DNA from: Mobula hypostoma
Taxonomy: Eukaryota
Assembly: GCF_963921235.1 (NCBI RefSeq)
Contig: NC_086097.1
Span: 88,786,001 to 88,850,000 of the forward strand
Reading direction: 5' to 3'
DNA: 64,000 nt
Position 1 is the stretch's first letter. Each line of letters starts with the position of its first letter. Below, piece after piece: positions 60,998 through 64,000 of the stretch. The notes beneath the pieces are model-generated. The model was given only the letters and a program-made list of their open reading frames with translations, made no database searches and was not told where the DNA came from. The position numbers were made by a program, and so were the translations under genes.

Positions 60998-61252
60998 TAT
61001 TTATTTTATTGAGATACAGCACCACCCAGTAACCCCCAGTTTAACCCTAACCAAATCACGGGACAATTTACAACGAGCAATTAACCTACCAACTGATACG
61101 TCTTTGGAATGTGGGAGGAAACCAGGAAACCCAGAGAAAACCCAGGCGTTCACAGGGAGAACGTGCAAATTCCTCACAGGAGGCAGTGGATTTGAACCCA
61201 TATTACTGGTACTGGAAAATGTTCTGCCAATCACAATGCTACCATGCTGCCC
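60998..61252 (-). mobile_element. V-domain SINE
   Basis: Same family as 9140-9448. Confidence 0.7.
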
Positions 61253-61648
61253 CTCTAAATTGATACCCTGTAGTTTGTGATTCCATAAACTTGGGGAATA
61301 TGGGACAAGCTTAAATGGGTATTTTTTTTTTGCCATGGTCCAGGCGGGCTGAAGGGCCTGTTTCTATGCTGTATGTCTCTGACTTTACCCCAACACTTCC
61401 CAGTTTATCCCAGCTCAAAAAAATCCCAATTCCTCACCAGTTTGCCCTGTAACATAGCCTCTTTAAAGATTCCCCAGATTCTACCACTCATCTACACACT
61501 GGGGTCAGTGGTCAGTTAACCTACTGATTCACTTGTCATTGGGATGTGGGAGGGAAAACCAGATCTACCACTGTATACAGTATGGGTGTGGACACATCTG
61601 AGGATGTAGCAAGGTTATTTCTGTACATTTTCAGTAGATTTAGATTTC

Positions 61649-62031
61649 GTCTTGGGCACATATACATAGCTAGGGTGCCTTCGACTTTTGCACAGTACCG
61701 CACTTGTCAAACTGGAGCAGAGAGCGAATTTGTAGATGTAGAGGGAGCAAAAAAAATGTTGGGGACGGTGAGGGTGGGGCACCGCGGGAGGGCTGTGGGA
61801 CAGGTAGTAGAGAAAGAGTGCCAGGGATTGACGCTGGCACAGGTACACCCATCCCTGAAACACCAGGCAAAGGAAATTACTTCCAAACAACTGGTTTATT
61901 GATCATCATAGACCATCTCTCTGGTGCTTCCCTCTCCCTTCTCCTTTTCCCAACTATGATTCCACTCTCACTGCCCTCTCCTCAATCTCAGTCCATAATA
62001 GAGACCCATATCAGAATCAGGCTTATCATTA
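61649..62031 (-). mobile_element. Composite Tc1-like MITE, partial inverted copy
   Basis: Reverse complement of ~60541-60930. Confidence 0.72.
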
Positions 62032-63442
62032 TATAATTATTAACATTCTCCACTCACATCAGAAGCAAATGCTTCAATGTGCACTCCAAAACTTGTGCAT
62101 GTGGTCTAAATTTAGAGGACGGCACTTGCAGACGATATACCTCTCAGGTACACATCCAGTGACATTATTCTGAATAAAACCTCAACCCTAAGTGCAATCT
62201 TAACTTCTGAATAAGTACTTATCCTCCTAACCAAAACTTCTCTGCTGTTGGCTGTTGCCAAGTGGAAATTTTTGTTCCTAAAATACATCAAGAACAGCGC
62301 TTTGAAGCTGTCTATCGTTCACTTCATGTTATGCTGCATGGGACATTTTCGAACACCAAAGGAAACCTTTTCTCGTCCTGGGCTCTTTACCAGGAGGCGA
62401 GATTCCTGCTTCCCACAGTTGATCAAGGAGAGAATGAAGAGGCTTAGAGACTGGAACCTACAGCTATTTATCTTCCTGCTGCTGTATTCACTCACTGTGT
62501 TCCATTCTTTGTTGCTGTAACTGATCTCGGCCCCCAAGGAGTGAGCCTGTTCTGTTTTATGAACAAAACAGCGACCTCATTGTGCCAGAGTTACTGGAGA
62601 TACTTTGAGATCCATCCAACTGATAGAGATATTCAGCAGCAGACATAACGTGAATTCCCTGAATAGAACCAATGTTTCTAAATTCCCACAAAGCTCACTG
62701 TAAAAAAAAGAGCAAAAACCAGCTGTTCTTACCAGCAGGTGCTATATCACATTTTCCACAAATGACAACCCGCTTCGTTTAAGTTTATTGTTTTGCATCA
62801 AACCTTTGAGCAATATTCGCCACTATTACCGGGACTGCTCCGCATCACCTCAGCCTTTGTTTTGCCATACAGTCCCACACACTTTTACAATCCGTTTCAG
62901 TCTACAGGTGCGATCAACAAGGAACTAGCAACAATTGCTTTCCATCAACGGAGCCTTCCAACGCTGAGGTTCTGAAAAAGTTTTATTAATTGATTTTTTT
63001 TCTTTCAGGGGCACCCGGAAATTAAATACTTCAAAACAAGTGCAGCTTCGAACAGAAGACATAAAGGAAATTAAAAAAAACAAACACTGTAAGGAGTAAG
63101 AGAAAGGAATGAGAATTAGAAAAGAGACGTAGACAAACATGAGAAAGACTTGTATTTAAGCAACATTTTCAACTAGTGCAACACTTCCAATGTGAAGCTC
63201 AGAGAGTGATTTCAATGTATGAATCAGACCTAATACAAAGCTTCCAAATTGTGATTCAGAACTAATAGAGCTGTTTTAATGAAAGCAGATGGTACATCTT
63301 TTTTGATGTGCAGACCACAACTTGCCTAGTGTGTTGTACGTGTAGTTCTCAAACAGTGAAGTGCTTTCAGCATGGAGTTCATAGGCAGTGTAGTTTCAGA
63401 CTGTGCAGTGACTTCAGTGTGTAGTTTGATTGTGCAGTCATT

Positions 63443-64000
63443 TAGAACCATAGAACCATAGAAACTACAGCACAGAAACAGGCCTTTTTGGCCCTTCTTG
63501 GCTGTGCCGAACCATTTTCTGCCTAGTCCCACTGACCTGCACACGGACCATATCCCTCCATACACCTCCCATCCATGTATCTGTCCAATTTATTCTTAAA
63601 TGTTAAAAGAGAACACACATTTACCACTTTGTCTGGCAGCTCATTCCATACTCCCACCACTCTCTGTGTGAAGAAGCCCCCGCTAATGTTCCCTTTAAAC
63701 TTTTCCCCCCTCACCCTTAACCCATGTCCTCTGGTTTTTTTCTCCCCTTGCCTCAGTGGAAAAAGCCTGCTTGCATTCACTCTATCTATACCCATCATAA
63801 TTTTATATACCTCTATCAAATCTCCCCTCATTCTTCTACGTTCCAGGGAATAAAGTCCTAACCTATTCAACCTTTCTCTGTAACTGAGTTTCTCAAGTCC
63901 CGGCAACATCCTTGTAAACCTTCTCTGCGCTCTTTCAACCTTATTTATATCCTTCCTGTAATTTGGTGACCAAAACTGAACACAATACTCCAGATTCAGC
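63443..64000 (-). mobile_element. CR1 LINE 3' end running off the window
   Basis: Open ORF2 C-terminus MLPGLEKLSYRERLNRLGLYSLE...; (atggttct)n tail. Confidence 0.9.

Noticed and set aside
62434..62520. Signal-peptide-like MKRLRDWNLQLFIFLLLYSLTVFHSLLL after an acceptor-like site
   Set aside because: It ends in a stop after 28 codons, lies antisense within the presumed fibulin intron, and has no other support.

Overview
Repeat-dense vertebrate genomic DNA, not prokaryotic. The repeat repertoire (CR1, Rex1/Babar, RTE, Neptune-type Penelope, V-domain SINEs, chromodomain Gypsy) suggests a cartilaginous fish, probably a ray; this is inference only. The one host gene I can support is the 3' half of a fibulin-7(-like) gene on the minus strand. 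Four coding exons splice in frame (59313-59441, 58605-58742, 57945-58083, 40519-40879), and the last intron is 17 kb and largely filled with LINEs. The rest is layered transposon relics, several resolved to the base by target-site duplications (TSDs): a Gypsy element nested in the integrase of another Gypsy, a near full-length CR1 with an esterase ORF1 and a duplicated promoter unit, a near full-length Rex1, hAT/Buster and mariner derivatives, and solo LTRs. The most distinctive signal is the Penelope-like system. One insertion has an open GIY-YIG frame and a ~750-bp inverted arm, and three ~220-230-bp fold-back mini-elements are related to its terminus. All four have ~14-bp TSDs, and they carry minimal type-I hammerhead ribozyme motifs (intact in some arms, decayed in others) back-to-back on opposite strands. 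I found no CRISPR array, rRNA or genuine tRNA gene. All calls were made by eye with no database searches, so I cannot say whether any element family is actually undescribed.
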